Made by a program: the position numbers and the translations under genes. A stretch of DNA of 64,000 nucleotides from Gnetum montanum. Its lineage: Eukaryota > Plantae > Gnetophyta. Below the pieces are notes generated by a model. That model had not been told where the DNA came from and searched no databases. It was given only the letters and a program-made list of their open reading frames with translations. Shown here in pieces: positions 24,194 through 37,250 of the stretch (position 1 is the first letter of the stretch; each line of letters starts with the position of its first letter). Where the stretch lies: positions 140,240 through 204,239 of the forward strand of contig MNCI01001360.1 in the NCBI GenBank assembly GCA_015680685.1. Direction: 5' to 3'.

Positions 24194-25288
24194 CGCAGCT
24201 TCATCTCTCGCCTCTCGGCCTATGGCTACATTCAAGCCTCATCAGAGCCGCTGCCGCACTCGTTATCAGTCGAACCTGACAACATGGCTTCCATGCAATT
24301 TCAATGCTTGAAATCTCATCTAGTGCCTTTGTTTCATCAGTTTCTATCCAATTCCAAGCTTGCTCACTCACTCATGGTTTTCTTGTCTTCTTGGAGTTGT
24401 GTTTGCAGGATGACACTCAAAGGTGTTTGTACGAGAATGCACTTCGTCATAGCGGCAAGATACCATATTGTTCCTAAAGCATGCAACCACATTAATCGAT
24501 CTATTCAAATGTACTACCCCAGTCCCCGAGACATTCCCCTCTAAAACTTCCACTTCCCCCTTCTACTCGATTACAGTTTCCAGATATGTATCCCAAAACC
24601 TTGAGTACATTATTGCACTCTCTGACACTCTCAAGCAGTTGTGGCACACAACATGACACTTGAGCATGAGTACAAGGCCAAAACAAAGCTCTATCCAAAA
24701 ATAACAAAAAAAAAAGCAAAGAGCAAAAAAGCCAAAAAGAAACACAAGACCCTTGGCACTTCCCATACAGCCCTAGGTGGGAAAGCAGTTGTCTTGGAAG
24801 CAAGTACTCATGTCTCAAGCGCTCAAGTAACATCTCATTACATGGCTTTGGCTCCCCGCCAATAGGTTCCCTTTAACACTAAACAGAGGCCATGTTCCAC
24901 CAAAGAACGCAACAAATCATCACATGGCTTTGGTTGTGCTAACAAGTCCTCTTAAACACTAAACAAGAGTCTTGTTCCGCCAAAGGACGTACATCTCATG
25001 TCTTGGTCCCAAGTTTGCTAGACAATGGCTATTGACAAGGATCAACATGACCCATGCACGTACCAGAACATCCCCTTCACCATGCACAATCCCTTGATCA
25101 GTTCCCAATCTCCACAATTTTCGTCCCCCCTATCTAGCTACAAATTTCATTTCCTCAATTCCATGTACTACTGAACTCGGTGCGATGACATCTGGCCAAG
25201 TGCCAAAGGACAATATTTCTACCAAGTTGCTTGTGGTGTTTTGTACTTCTTTGTCGATGCTTCTCGGGTTGATTCCTCCAAGCGTCAA

Positions 25289-25345
25289 CAAAGAGGGGCC
25301 AATGAAACACCACAAAATTCTGAGCTTAGTACTTCTCCAACAAGG
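25289..25345 (+). mobile_element. PPT (25289-25302) and truncated 3' LTR stub (25303-~25345) of element B
   Basis: CAAAGAGGGGCCAA then TGAAACACCACAAAATTCTGAGCTTAGTACTTCTCCAAC, matching 8136-8175, then an abrupt switch. Confidence 0.88.
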
Positions 25346-25356
25346 ATTTTTAGGAG

Positions 25357-25718
25357 GCTGAGAGCTACTAGGGACCTTGGGGAAGGTCCTGGGGGGTCTA
25401 GACACTCAATTCTAGCATGTTTTGGCTCATTTTTTGGGCCCAAAAATTGGTATACGCTGGCCTGTACACTGGCCAGCGTACAGCCCAGTGTGAACAGAGT
25501 ATAATTGGTCAAACCCAAGTATTTTGAACCCAAAACATAAAATTCCCAATGCCAGATGCTAATGTAGTTACCTGTGGGTCTTAGGGAACTCTTTCTTGTT
25601 CAATTATGCTCCGTTTGATGTTGTTTTTGAGGCTTTCAAGCTTGGTCATGCTGGGGACCAACATGACTTACCTCAATTTTTGTCTACAAGTGTTAGCCAA
25701 AATGTTTTTGGTGTTTCA
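25357..25718 (-). mobile_element. Remnant of the 5' LTR of element A
   Basis: Closely similar to 4373-4732. Starts TGAAACACC on minus at 25718, next to Athila-like pol. Confidence 0.85.
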
Positions 25719-28700
25719 CACGTGAGTGAGAAGATAGGTGAGAATGGCATCATACCAATTAGTCTAATTAGGCACTTGTTCATTTATAGCATCCAAAAAG
25801 AGAAGTTCATCAGAAAATTGATCAGAAAGTGAACTCTCCTCCTCTTTATTATCCCATCTCAACTAATACAAGTGGTTGACAATCACATTCTTAGTTCCCT
25901 TGCAATCTACCATTATGAGATCAAATTCCTAAATGATCACATGCCACTATATGATATGAGGGCTCACCATTATTTTGTTCACAAGGAACTAGATTGCACT
26001 ATGGTCTGTGTGCATGAACACCTTTTATTCAAGCACATAGTGCCTAAATTTATCCAAGGCATACATTGCCACTATTAATTCCTTCTTTTTGTGATATAAT
26101 TTAGCTATGCACCCATAATGCTTCAACTTACATAGTGAATGTAGTAAGGACATTTCTAATCATCCAACTACATGAACATGACTCCTAAGGCATAATTTGA
26201 TGCATCAATCATGATGTAGAATGGTATGGACTAATCAAGTGCTCATAGAATTGGAGTTTCTACAAGCTTCTTCTTGAGTTGCTAGAATTCTTTCTCGCAT
26301 TCCTCAATCCACACAAATGGAGCATCCTTCTTTGTTGAATTCCAAACTAATTAATCTACTTGAGTTTGGAATTAAACCATCACTATGGTTACCTCTTTGG
26401 CTTCATGGAAGGATTTATATAGATGTGGTGCTAGCATTTCCATGGATCAATTCCAATGAATCTAGGATATGACCAAGAAAAGGTTGTTGACTATTTTTTG
26501 ATCCCCTTAAAAAATTTCTCTTTCTATTTAGGAGCAAGATTGACATTAATTATCATCAACTTCCATTATTTAGAAAAACATATTCCATACCAACAAGTAG
26601 CATTTTCAACTCTAGGGTCTCCTATTTAAAGCTCTCAGTGATTTCCAACTCTTTCCAATAAGTGTCATCAAGTTCATTGGAGAGTTGGTGATGGATCTGC
26701 TCCATGTTATCCATGCCTTTAATGTAGGCACTTTTCAAGCTCTTAGTTGGTTCCATGCATATTTTTAAGCTACTATCAGGATTAGTTATCAGCCACTAGG
26801 TGCCCTTCTATTTTGTGGCTACTATGTATAAGCACCTTTAAATTTTGAACACATCTGTACACTGCCTACATGTTGTGATGTTTGTACTTTTCATAGACCA
26901 TAGTTTCTACATATAGCTGCACCCTGTATCACTATACATGATGCATGGAATTCTCTTCTTCTCTATCTTCCTAAATGCATTTTCCTTGGAAATCTCCAAA
27001 TAGAGGTCTCTAATTCCCAACCATGCATCAATGGTGCTTAACTAATCCCTTTCCATGATGATTGGAAAGTCCCCCTTACAAAAATTAGCATGGATTACTA
27101 TGAAGTTAGAAGAATAGGACCACCCATAGATGGTAATCACAATGTCCTCCACTTGTCCCAAAGGAACAGTGATGAATTGATCTACTAACTCAAGATGAAT
27201 GTTACTCTTCTTGAGTGGAGGCATGTTCCAAACTTTGTACATCTCATGAGAAATCATATTTACACCAAACCCTAAGTCTAGAAGAGCTTTGCAAGGCTCA
27301 TTCCTAGGAATTTGCAAATAGATAAGGGGACTCCTAAAAATCAAATCTTTTCCTGGGAAGGTGGTGAGCCTTAATCTAGTTGGTTACTGCATGAGTCAAC
27401 ATGATGGTATGCACTTTGAAAAGTGTTTGGTTTGAAGGGAACTTGAATGAGGTAGATGCAGAGGATGAGGGAGAAGCAAGGCTATCAATCGCATATGTCT
27501 GTGAGGGCTTTGTAGGACTCTTGATTCAGAAGAATGATCTTTTTTAGAATTTATTTTCTGATTTACTCAACTAAGGAGTTGACGATAAGTTAACAACCCT
27601 AGTGACATTAAGTTAATGCAACCAAGCTAGAATTTTGCCCTACATTGATGCAGCAAGTGGTAATTGAATTGAGGATAGAGGGACATGTGTAGAAGGATGA
27701 GAAGGATACTAAGGAAATGGGGATTCCCCTATTGAAAATTGGACTCTATAGTATTCAAGAGGGTAGTAGTGATGCTAGAATGAAGCGTGATTAGAAGAGT
27801 CATGCAGAGAAATGGGCTGCTAAACATAGTACCCATATGGATCAAGCTATTGGTAAGGGTACTACTACCTTTGTCATGGCATACCCCACAACTATGGATG
27901 CTGCCAGTAATGATACTACTCATAAGGTTGTGGTTGAGCTCCACTCAAGTAGTAGGCTTATTGTTGATGGAACTGCTTGGGATTGCCTTGAGGATAAGGC
28001 AACCTTCTGAGTACTTACCTTCTAGCTAATCTTAAATTTAGATCATACACCCTAGACTCCTACAAGTGTGACATAATAGGACAACATCCCTTAGGATGTT
28101 CATAGTGGCAAATATTACACCCATCATCATCATCTGATTTAGAGTCCACAACCTCCTCTATGGAAAAAACCTTGCCCTTACCCCTTTGGTGGGTACATTT
28201 AGCTTCCTTCCTTCTCCTGAAATCATGGTCACTACTTTGCTCTTTGGATTCCTCTACTATTTTTAGAGTGGTGTGGAATTTCTCACCCAAAGAGTCCCAC
28301 ATTTTATCTACCTTGGCCAAGATTTCAAAAATAGATTTTTAAATCGATAAGGTCTTTCATTGCACCATCTCATTAAGTGGTGTCTCCTTCTCACTATCAT
28401 AGAATTGGACCTCCCTTTTGTAGATGGAATGGTCTTGGTTGTACTTCCCCATACTTTTCCTTTTTCTCAACTCATCTTCTTCTTTGAAAACCTACTCTAT
28501 CAACCTTTGAATCTGATGAATCATTAATTCTAAAAGTCTCCCTTGGGCATAGATCCCAAGAGTTCTTCATGTTTTGTGTGGAGCCCATCTATGATATGGT
28601 GGAGTTACTCCCTCTAAGAATAACCATGGATGCAAAAGAGAATAGTACCTACCCATGGCTATGTCCAAGGATTCATGTGTTCCTTGTTTTTAACCTTGGA

Positions 28701-29775
28701 TCTATTTTCTCAAGTTGGATAGTTGGGAGTATGTTTGATACTTGTTGTTGAAGAGCTCAAGAATTGTACTCTTTCTATGGATTGATTTTGGCTCTAAGGA
28801 CCAATACCAACTTTCAGCTTCTTTGATGAGCATCCTTGGGAATAGCTTTAATTTTTACCATTCATTCTCCACATTTTGTAAGGCATAGGCATCATGCAAG
28901 GCTTGAAGATGATTCTGTGGATCTAAGTTGTATCCCCCTTGGCAGTTGGAGATATTATTTATATCCAATTGCTTGATTCTACTATCTTTCACATGCCTTG
29001 TTGGGATCCTTATGACCTTTATGATTTTCAACACATTTTGATTTGCAAGTAAAGTCTCATCATAGTCACAACCTTTGTGGTGGCCATGATGCCTATGATG
29101 CCCTCTGCTATCTCTTATTTCATGTTGGTGGACCTTCCTTGATAACCCACACCCCTAATCTCTATTGGTCTAGCAAGCCCTATGTTCATTTTTGTTCCAC
29201 CAGTCACCTTCATCATCGTCACATCCTTTGCAGCTTCGATTAGAGCCAGAGAAGGAAGAAGAGGATGACAAAGGAGAAGAGGAAAGAGGACTAGCATAAC
29301 CACAGTGCCTACTAACTCCTCTTCTTTAACCATGGCCACAATCATCATTTTTATGCCTTCCCTTATTCCTACCTTAACTCCCACCTTTGCATCCCTCATG
29401 ATCATGGGATTCATTCTTTCCTAACCCAAGATTGTTGATAGTGGACTACAAGTTTTGGTTCAAGTCACCCTCATCAAAGAAAAAGGGAGGAGAGTCAATG
29501 AATTGAGAATCCCTAGAAAAGGGATCCTCTTCATCTTTCTACCCTAGCAAGAACAAGGGGTTAGTGAACCATTTCCCCTTTCAATGAGCCTCTTATTATT
29601 GATATTTCTTGCATTGTTCCTTAGTGTGATGATAATCTCAAGAGTCGTGGTCGTACACAATGTATTCAGAATGGAGCCCCTAGATGCCCAACCTCATGAG
29701 AGTTTAGAGCAACATCACAAGAATGGCTTGATCAGGCGACAACAAAATGTTTCCCTCCATGTTCCTCCACCATAG
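25719..29775 (-). mobile_element. Decayed Athila-like Ty3/gypsy internal region (gag, protease, RT largely deleted, RNase H)
   Basis: Protease ORF 27042-27344 (KALLDLGFGVNMIS). Collinear homology with the plus copy at 53000-57700. Confidence 0.8.
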
Positions 29776-29784
29776 GAATAGACT

Positions 29785-31617
29785 ATTTTAACCCTCAAAA
29801 CATGCCTAATGCATAGTACTTGTTAAGATGATTACAACGATACATATTCCATCACAATTATTGAACTTACAATTTGGGAGATATCACAATCCTTATTTTC
29901 TATGCCATAATTAAAATTTAATAACTTTTAACCTTAGGAAAATAAAAATTTAATTAAATTTTTATTACCTTAAAATTTCTATGGTGTGGGATTGGACTCA
30001 TAATCTCTAAGTTATCAAAATCAAATCTTAACGTCTTTTAACTAATCATCTAACTAGCTTACCAGGTTATAAAAAAATATGATTTTATTGAAATATTTAA
30101 ATAATCATTATTTAAATTTATTTTTAAAAGAATTTATAGACTTCACAACCCTATAAGGGCTTCATCATATTGCCTAGGGCTAACACTAGCCCTATTAGAA
30201 GAGCTTCTTGCAATGGTCCACATAGTGTAGGTAGAGGCCCTACAAAGAGATACACAAGCAAGCAAGCCCTGTAATAGGTGTTGAAACCTACCACGTTGTT
30301 GTTGATCACCTTCAATGCAAAATTTTCATTTTGTTATTGTGCCCTCACCATAGTTATAGTAACCAATATTGCTATGCTATTGCCCTCAGTGCCTATGCCT
30401 ATGTCACTATTTTCACTAGCATGTGTTGTGTTGTGCTCCATGGTAGTCCCTCCACCATCTCATTAATTGTGTCCTCCTTAGCCCTCTTGCCACCATTCTT
30501 TTGTCACTACCTCCCTTGTCACTATCATCACCACTATGCCACAATTGTCCCCACCTACAAGTTGATGAAAAAGCTCCAGAAAAAATTTCTTTCAATTGAT
30601 GAAAAAGATACGTCAAAATTAAGGCTTAAATATTGGACATGAAAAATATTTTCAAAAAATGAAAATTGGTAGGTTTGTAGGAATTGAAGTAAGAATTCCA
30701 TTGTTAAGCATGCTCATCTTGGAGTAGTACTAGGATGGATGACCTGTCCGGAAGCAAGTCTAGTTCTCTATGCATAAAGTTTTTAAATCCAAAAGCTACT
30801 ACATTTAATTTCAAAATCCTTTTTTGATGAACAAAGAGTCATTTTCTAAAGATTTCAATCTCCTAGATGAAATGGTGAAGTTAGATCAATCCTATGGAGT
30901 TTCAAAAATTAGTTTTCACACCTTATCTAACATGGTTCCTTAGACACTTTTTAGCATAACATGGGCATATGATGTCCATTTCTAACACATGAATATTCAT
31001 TTCTAACATTTTTCAGCCTTTTGAACTCAATAGTAAGATCAGATTTGTCATCTAGATACCTAAAACTGTGATGATATCTTAAACCAAGCCTTAAGAAGCC
31101 ATAACTTAGACTAACTAATAATACCTACTAATTTAATCATCGAGACTTATAAATTTAACCTCATGGGCTATTTTGAGCTATAAGATTAAATGCTTAACCT
31201 TTATACATAGTTATTCTTACCTTTCTAATCCAAGTATATCATTATTTACACTACGAAAGTCAGTATCTTAAAAGAGGTAGAAAAGTCGTTAAGAATCTAG
31301 GTAATGTACATAAGTATTAGCAACCCAAAATTACTTAATTAGTTTATGAACCAAAATGATCAAGAAGATAAATATCAACTTATCCTACAAATAAATCATA
31401 TAGCAAACCAACATGAAGAGTCATAATCTTGTTCTAACAAGGTGTATGATACCCATGAAGAGAAATGACTTAGGTAGAAATCCAAGAATGAGATGAAAGT
31501 TGCAACATACAAGATGCTTGCAAGATCCCTAGCGAGTGAGAAACAACATCTACTTTGTCCACCATGGGCCTTGGCCTAGCATGAGTATCAATACCCACAT
31601 ATCTTAGCAAAATTACA
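29785..31617 (+). mobile_element. ~1.8 kb LTR-like repeat containing a 5S rRNA-derived segment (copy 1)
   Basis: Homologous in inverted orientation to 39384-41644 in several blocks (29830-29890 vs 41455-41520; 31100-31140 vs 39870-39915; 31560-31617 vs 39384-39440). Ends ..TTACA. Confidence 0.6.
30692..30755 (+). promoter_or_regulatory. 5S rRNA-derived internal Pol III promoter fragment (A box-IE-C box region)
   Basis: GTTAAGCATGCTCATCTTGGAGTAGTACTAGGATGGATGACC versus plant 5S GTTAAGCGTGCTTGGGCGAGAGTAGTACTAGGATGGGTGACC. Confidence 0.8.
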
Positions 31618-34600
31618 CACTATGAATTTTTATGTCTTATGCCTACAAGAAGTCTTGTCATGGAAATTCCTATACCAATTCCAACTAGAATTTGGAAAGA
31701 TGATATACAAAGGTATTTACAAGCAAAAAGGTTCTTGAGGAAATTATTCTTTGAAATCATATATATTAGAATATTGCAAAAATCACAACATGGATGGTTG
31801 CATTATCATTTATAATGAAGCCAAGTTTGAATTTCTATAAAGATTTGAATGAAATTTATCATATATGATTTTTGGAATCCAAAAATTTCAAATCATGGAA
31901 AAGAAAGAATAGATAAGGTTTTAGAGAAGTCACATAGCCTTAGCATTGATACTAAAAATCCATTTATTAGGAAGATGTGTATGTGTAGTTAACACACATT
32001 TAATTGCCAAATTAACATGTCCAAATGTTAGATTATGTCAAGAAGCATACTTGATTAAAAAAAATAGAGGAATGTTTGAAGAATAAGTTATTCTTGATCC
32101 ATACCAATCTAGTGTCATTCATCCTTTATGGAGACTTTAATATGAAAGTTAGAAGTATTTTTTATCAATTCTTAAAATATGGCTGTGTAAAAGAATCCTT
32201 AGAAGATGAACCCAATTTGAAAAAGATGTTTCCATCAATTCAACATGAAATCCCATTAACCAATGCATATTCTTCTTACTTTGAAGCTTCAATAAATAAA
32301 TCAAGTCCTAGAATTCAAGATTAGATTCTACTAATGGATAATACTCATCAATAACCACATTTCAATAATTACTCTACCATAATTAATGAAGATGGATCAA
32401 CATCATTCTTCATTGAAATCCTAAATTATATTTAGTATGATGTCCAATTCTTTCAAGTTACCAAGTTACTAGAGTTAATTTCTATAGAAGAAGTTGAGAA
32501 GAAGAAAAATTAAGCCCTTCCATCCTAAACAAGATCATCGGATCATATGCCCCTTATGATAGAATTACAACTACTTCCATTAATTACTGAGGTTGATCAA
32601 GACCAAGGAATATCTAACCTTACTTTTATTTATGATTTTCATGACTTTTCTTTATTTGTGAATTTATACTTTAATTTGAAAAGCAAAATATCGATGGCAA
32701 TGCAAGTTGGGAATAAAGATTTGTCCTACCTTCACTTAGGTAACCAAATACAAGTTGCACTTTGTCTTACCCTGGTTAGGACTAGTGATTGGTTGTTGGT
32801 AGATCTTTAATTCACCTCTTTTCATTATCATAGAAAATGAGATAAGTATTAATAAAATAATATTCAATTTTCAATATAATTCTTCTCACTTATATTTTGT
32901 TTGTACAATAAGCAAGAAATAAATTTAAGCCCAAAGAATAAATCAAATTATTAGAGCATAGGATCATAAAAGGAGCATTTAAGTTAGAAAAAGATAGTGA
33001 ACATGGACTCATTTGAGGACAAAAGAAACCTAAGGGGGATAGATTACAACATCCCCATTCCCAAATGGTGCTACTACATAATAAAGATGATGCCTCTTTA
33101 TAACAAGTATTATCATTATCATAACAAGACCTAAAAGGGGAGTTGTAATTAAGATCCACAAGGACATGTCATAATAATAGACAAGTCTCTTAAGGTGACA
33201 TTTAGGGGATTAACTTAACATATTTATACTAGGCATTAGAGGTCATATCAACATGGAGTTGTGTAGTTAGTAAAGCAAGTAACGAGTGCTAGGTAAAGCA
33301 AGAGAAGAAAAGAACTAGCCATCGCTTTTAGTCGATTGCAAGCCTAACTATGATGGTAATGCTAGATTGCCTCTAAAGGAATAGATGCCAAAGGAAGAAA
33401 CCCCCAACAAACACTCATTGCATAATCTAAATACACTACTTCACATCAATAAAGCATTCTTCTCTCTTTTTTCTACATTTTCCCTCTTATTTTCTTTACA
33501 TTTAATGTCAAATGTTACACATATTTGACATTTGCTATGTTATCTTCTTATGCCTACTATCTAATAGAATGTATATTTGATGTTTGCCATGATATCCAGG
33601 AATAATATGTCACATGTGTTGGCGACCTTTTGGGACACGACCACCAACGAGTGTCCTCAAACATGATTTAGGTGTTTGCTGGTCTCTGGCAACACCAAGG
33701 CCTAGATACCTCCAAATAGACTCAGTAGTTAATGTGAGTATGTGTGTGTGCTGTTGTGGTATGTTGTTGTGAAAAATGAAATGATTGGGTTGTGTGTAAA
33801 CTATAAATGACTTATCTTAAAGAGATTCAACCAACTTTGCAAAGTACTGTGAGTTGTTGAGAGTTCCTATTTTGTTCAATTTATTAGTCTATGTGGTCCT
33901 TATAATACCTACTTGTAACAAATAAATTTTTGCAAAAAAATTTGAGCACAACTCTGCGAATCTACTTCTAATTTTCCCCAGAGAAAGAGATAGTTCCACA
34001 AGAAAACTGGAAATAGATAGTTAGGAGATATTACTTGCCCAACAAGTTATGAAGTTATAACTTATACATGAAGTTAGGAGAAAATCATGCTAACATTGGC
34101 ATGTGTCTTTACAAATATTTCTTTCATAAGAAGTCACAACCTATATAATAATTTTAGGAAATAAAGCCAAGATCTCTATCTTGTTTTAATACATTTAACC
34201 TTAGTCCAAGATCAAGTTTCTCAAACACCATGATGGTCATTGCAATAAGCGCTCCATACAATTGTCATTTTATTTTTGTTGCATGTGAGAAAATATGCTA
34301 AAATTATTTTTAGCCACCAAACCATATGAAATTGGAACTTTATTTTGTTACTTTGATTTCACGCGTTTAGGTTTTGTTCTTGCTTTCCGCAATGACGGCC
34401 ATGTCCACGATCCTTCGTAACTATCGTAGAAGAAATGTCATTCCACTAATTCAGTTGTGCACCTGTCTTGCTATGTCTTCGTGTCTCTATAGCTGCACTT
34501 GATGGATTGGTAATGATGATGACAGACACATTGGCGTCAGGTGCTGCTGTGTTTGCAATTTCTGTTTGCAGGTTCATCATTGCAAGAATCCAGACGTGAA

Positions 34601-35569
34601 AACATTTTTTTTGTGTGCCAAGCTTTGCCTTAGGATTTATGTTTAATATTTCACATCTTCTCATTGGTTTTTGTCATATCCTACATTTGAAACAAAACAG
34701 AAACCCTACTACGTTTTTCTTTTTGCATGCAGACTCCATTCTCTAGACACTGCAGATCATTGAAGGAGATCTTATTTTTCTTTGGTTCCAGCAACAAATG
34801 ATAAACACGATTTGGGGTTGCAACCACCTGAAATTTTTGCCCTAAATTCACCTAGGGCTTCCTGCATTTTTCTTTCCGTAAACTAAAAATTATTGTATTT
34901 ATTTTCTAAATCAGGGATAGTCACTGTCTGATTTGGGTGTCAATATTGGCAAGATTTTGATATATTCTTGATGTTTGTTTTGTTGTTTTTCTTCTAAAAC
35001 CGTTGCTCATAACCTAGTCTTATTTTTCTAGTTTTCATTGTTGATTCAAATGCAAAGTATATACAAAGTGTTTGACAAATTGCCTTTTTCCAGTGTCTCT
35101 AATTTTGCTGCCAATAAATATTACTATGACATCCAATTCTCAATTCTTATATATATTGCTAACTGCATTTTAACTCCTATTCTTTTTCTCTTTTCTTCTT
35201 TTTGTTCTGCACTTCATATATAGGGCACATGAACAAATTCCTTCATGAAGAATACTATAATTTCCAATGACCAGTTTACCATAAATTGCAGTTACTTTGA
35301 TTCTTCATTTCTTTCTTCTTTAAATTTAGATGTTATTTCTCTTTATCCACAAGCTGAAATTTTTTTTATTCTGACAGATTACAACATTCTATATGCATTT
35401 TCTTGATATTTTATAGCCTTTCCTCCAATCTTTCAGCATCTAAAATTGCTTTGCAATGGATATTTAAAAGCTCCCTTATGAATTTAGTGAGAAAACATAG
35501 TTAATGGTTTGTGGAATTCTTGCCACTTCTCCAACTAACAATAAGAGAGTACTGAAAACTGCAAAAACC

Positions 35570-37250
35570 TTTAATCAATTTTATCATGCCAACTTGTTCC
35601 ATGAAATGGCCAAAATTTTCCAACAACATGTTCAAGAAGTTTAGAAGGCTTCATCAATAGTTATGTGTACTTGGACCTATCCTTACGCTTGAAGTTATGT
35701 TTTAGCTAAGTTGAAATGTGTGAAGTAGATAGTTAAGGTTGGGAAGAAGACATGTTATGTTGCGGTGGTGATTTTTGCTCCTCTACTTATTTTGCATCTT
35801 TTGCTATGGTTGCTACAGTGGCTTGTGATTGTTTACTTTTATCCCTATTCCTCTTCATGTGCTATTTTTCATAGGCCGCATAAGCTAGATTGTTGCTAGC
35901 CTTAACATGCTCCTCGATTTTTTAACTTGTGAAGAAGATTGGCTTAGCGATCAAGGGTCTAAATAATAGATTTTTGACTTAATAAAGTCATTGACTACTC
36001 CTTTGAAAATGACTATAAATGGGTTTCAAAGATGGGTTCTAGAATTTCATTTAATGTTGCATTCCATCTTTGAATAAATTTTTCCACCAATTTAAGGGAT
36101 CCTTGTCTTATCTTCAGAAGGAAATATAAGGTTGTGTTTGGCCTTATTTTATACTTAAATCAATTAACAAATTAAGTAATAAAATCATCTAGTGAGGAGA
36201 TAAAACCTCTCGGCAACATCCTATACCAATCTATAGCTTTTCCTTATAAGGACATGGGGAAAATCTACAACACAATATGAGGGCAAGCTTGCAGTAAGAA
36301 ACATTCAAAGTAGAAAGTAATGAGATATGCATTGGTATCCCCTTCATCATTATTTTTGGTGAAGTGTGAGATGGAAATAGCTACAAGTAGCATTATTTGT
36401 GGTACAATGGGTTGATGGGATCATCTTCATAAAAGTCCATTACTTTCATGGTTTGTGAAGTGCTTGCCTTAGGCTTGCACAACTCATTGGTTAGGTTTTG
36501 GATCATCTGAAAGGCTTGATCCAAGCTTTGTGATGTTCTAGAGGATTGTACTATTGGTTTAACAATGCATGGCAACATAACAGGTAACAATATGAATGAG
36601 ATAGAACACATTGTTGTTGTTACAGGGGGATTAAACATTGAAAAAGATGTTTTCAAAGACACTTGAGAGATATAGGAACTATTGGGAATGAAGAGGCCAT
36701 AGAAAATGTCCAAGACTAGAAGTCCTAAGGAGGGGCTAGCTAATATTATGAAAGATGGTAATAGAGAAGAAGTTATCAATGAAGATTTCACTGGATGAGA
36801 CTAAGATACTATGATTGCTTGCAGAATCAAAGGCATCGACATATATATGGGGACAAATTAAAAAGCAAGTTGGGTAACTTGATTCAAGGAGGATATAGTA
36901 GGTATATGGTTTACAACAAAAGTAGAATGTAACAAGTTGTTCATGGACAAATCAGGAATCAATCATTGTAAAAGATCCTCCAAGTGAGGATTGAATTCAT
37001 ATTATCCCCCTTATTCATCTTGATTTTCCTAATTTTATTTCAAAATTTCTTCGTCAATAGCCACAAATTCATCATTGATGTCAACCAATTGAGCTAACAT
37101 GTGCATGTACAACTTAGAGAGTTCTATGTGGTCATAGGGGGAAGGAATGTATTCCTTCCCATTTTTTTAAATTATCTCAAACTGCTATTTGGAGTCTAAC
37201 TCCTTAAGCAAGATGTGTAGACCAATTTGTATCTTAACATAACTAAAATA
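35570..37250 (-). pseudogene. gag: Third, more decayed copy of the Tat-family gag
   Basis: ORF 36393-36791 ends SLDQAFQMIQNLTNEL..DFYEDDPI, matching ORFs 661-903 and 11319-11561. Confidence 0.75.

Larger units (their letters stand above)
8136..25345 (+). mobile_element. Element B: near full-length Ty3/gypsy Tat-lineage LTR retrotransposon (RH-aRH-INT order; Ogre/Retand/TatIII-like) nested in element A
   Basis: 5' LTR, PBS, gag, PR, spacer, RT, archaeal-type RNase H, integrase with GPY motif, PPT and first ~40 bp of the 3' LTR. Confidence 0.9.

Noticed and set aside
30692-30755. Functional 5S rRNA gene
   Set aside because: Only the internal ~65 nt match. The 5' and 3' ends of 5S are absent and there is no rDNA array.
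34480-34505. Resemblance to the miR397 complement (GCTGCACTTGATG)
   Set aside because: Too many mismatches and no supporting precursor or laccase context.
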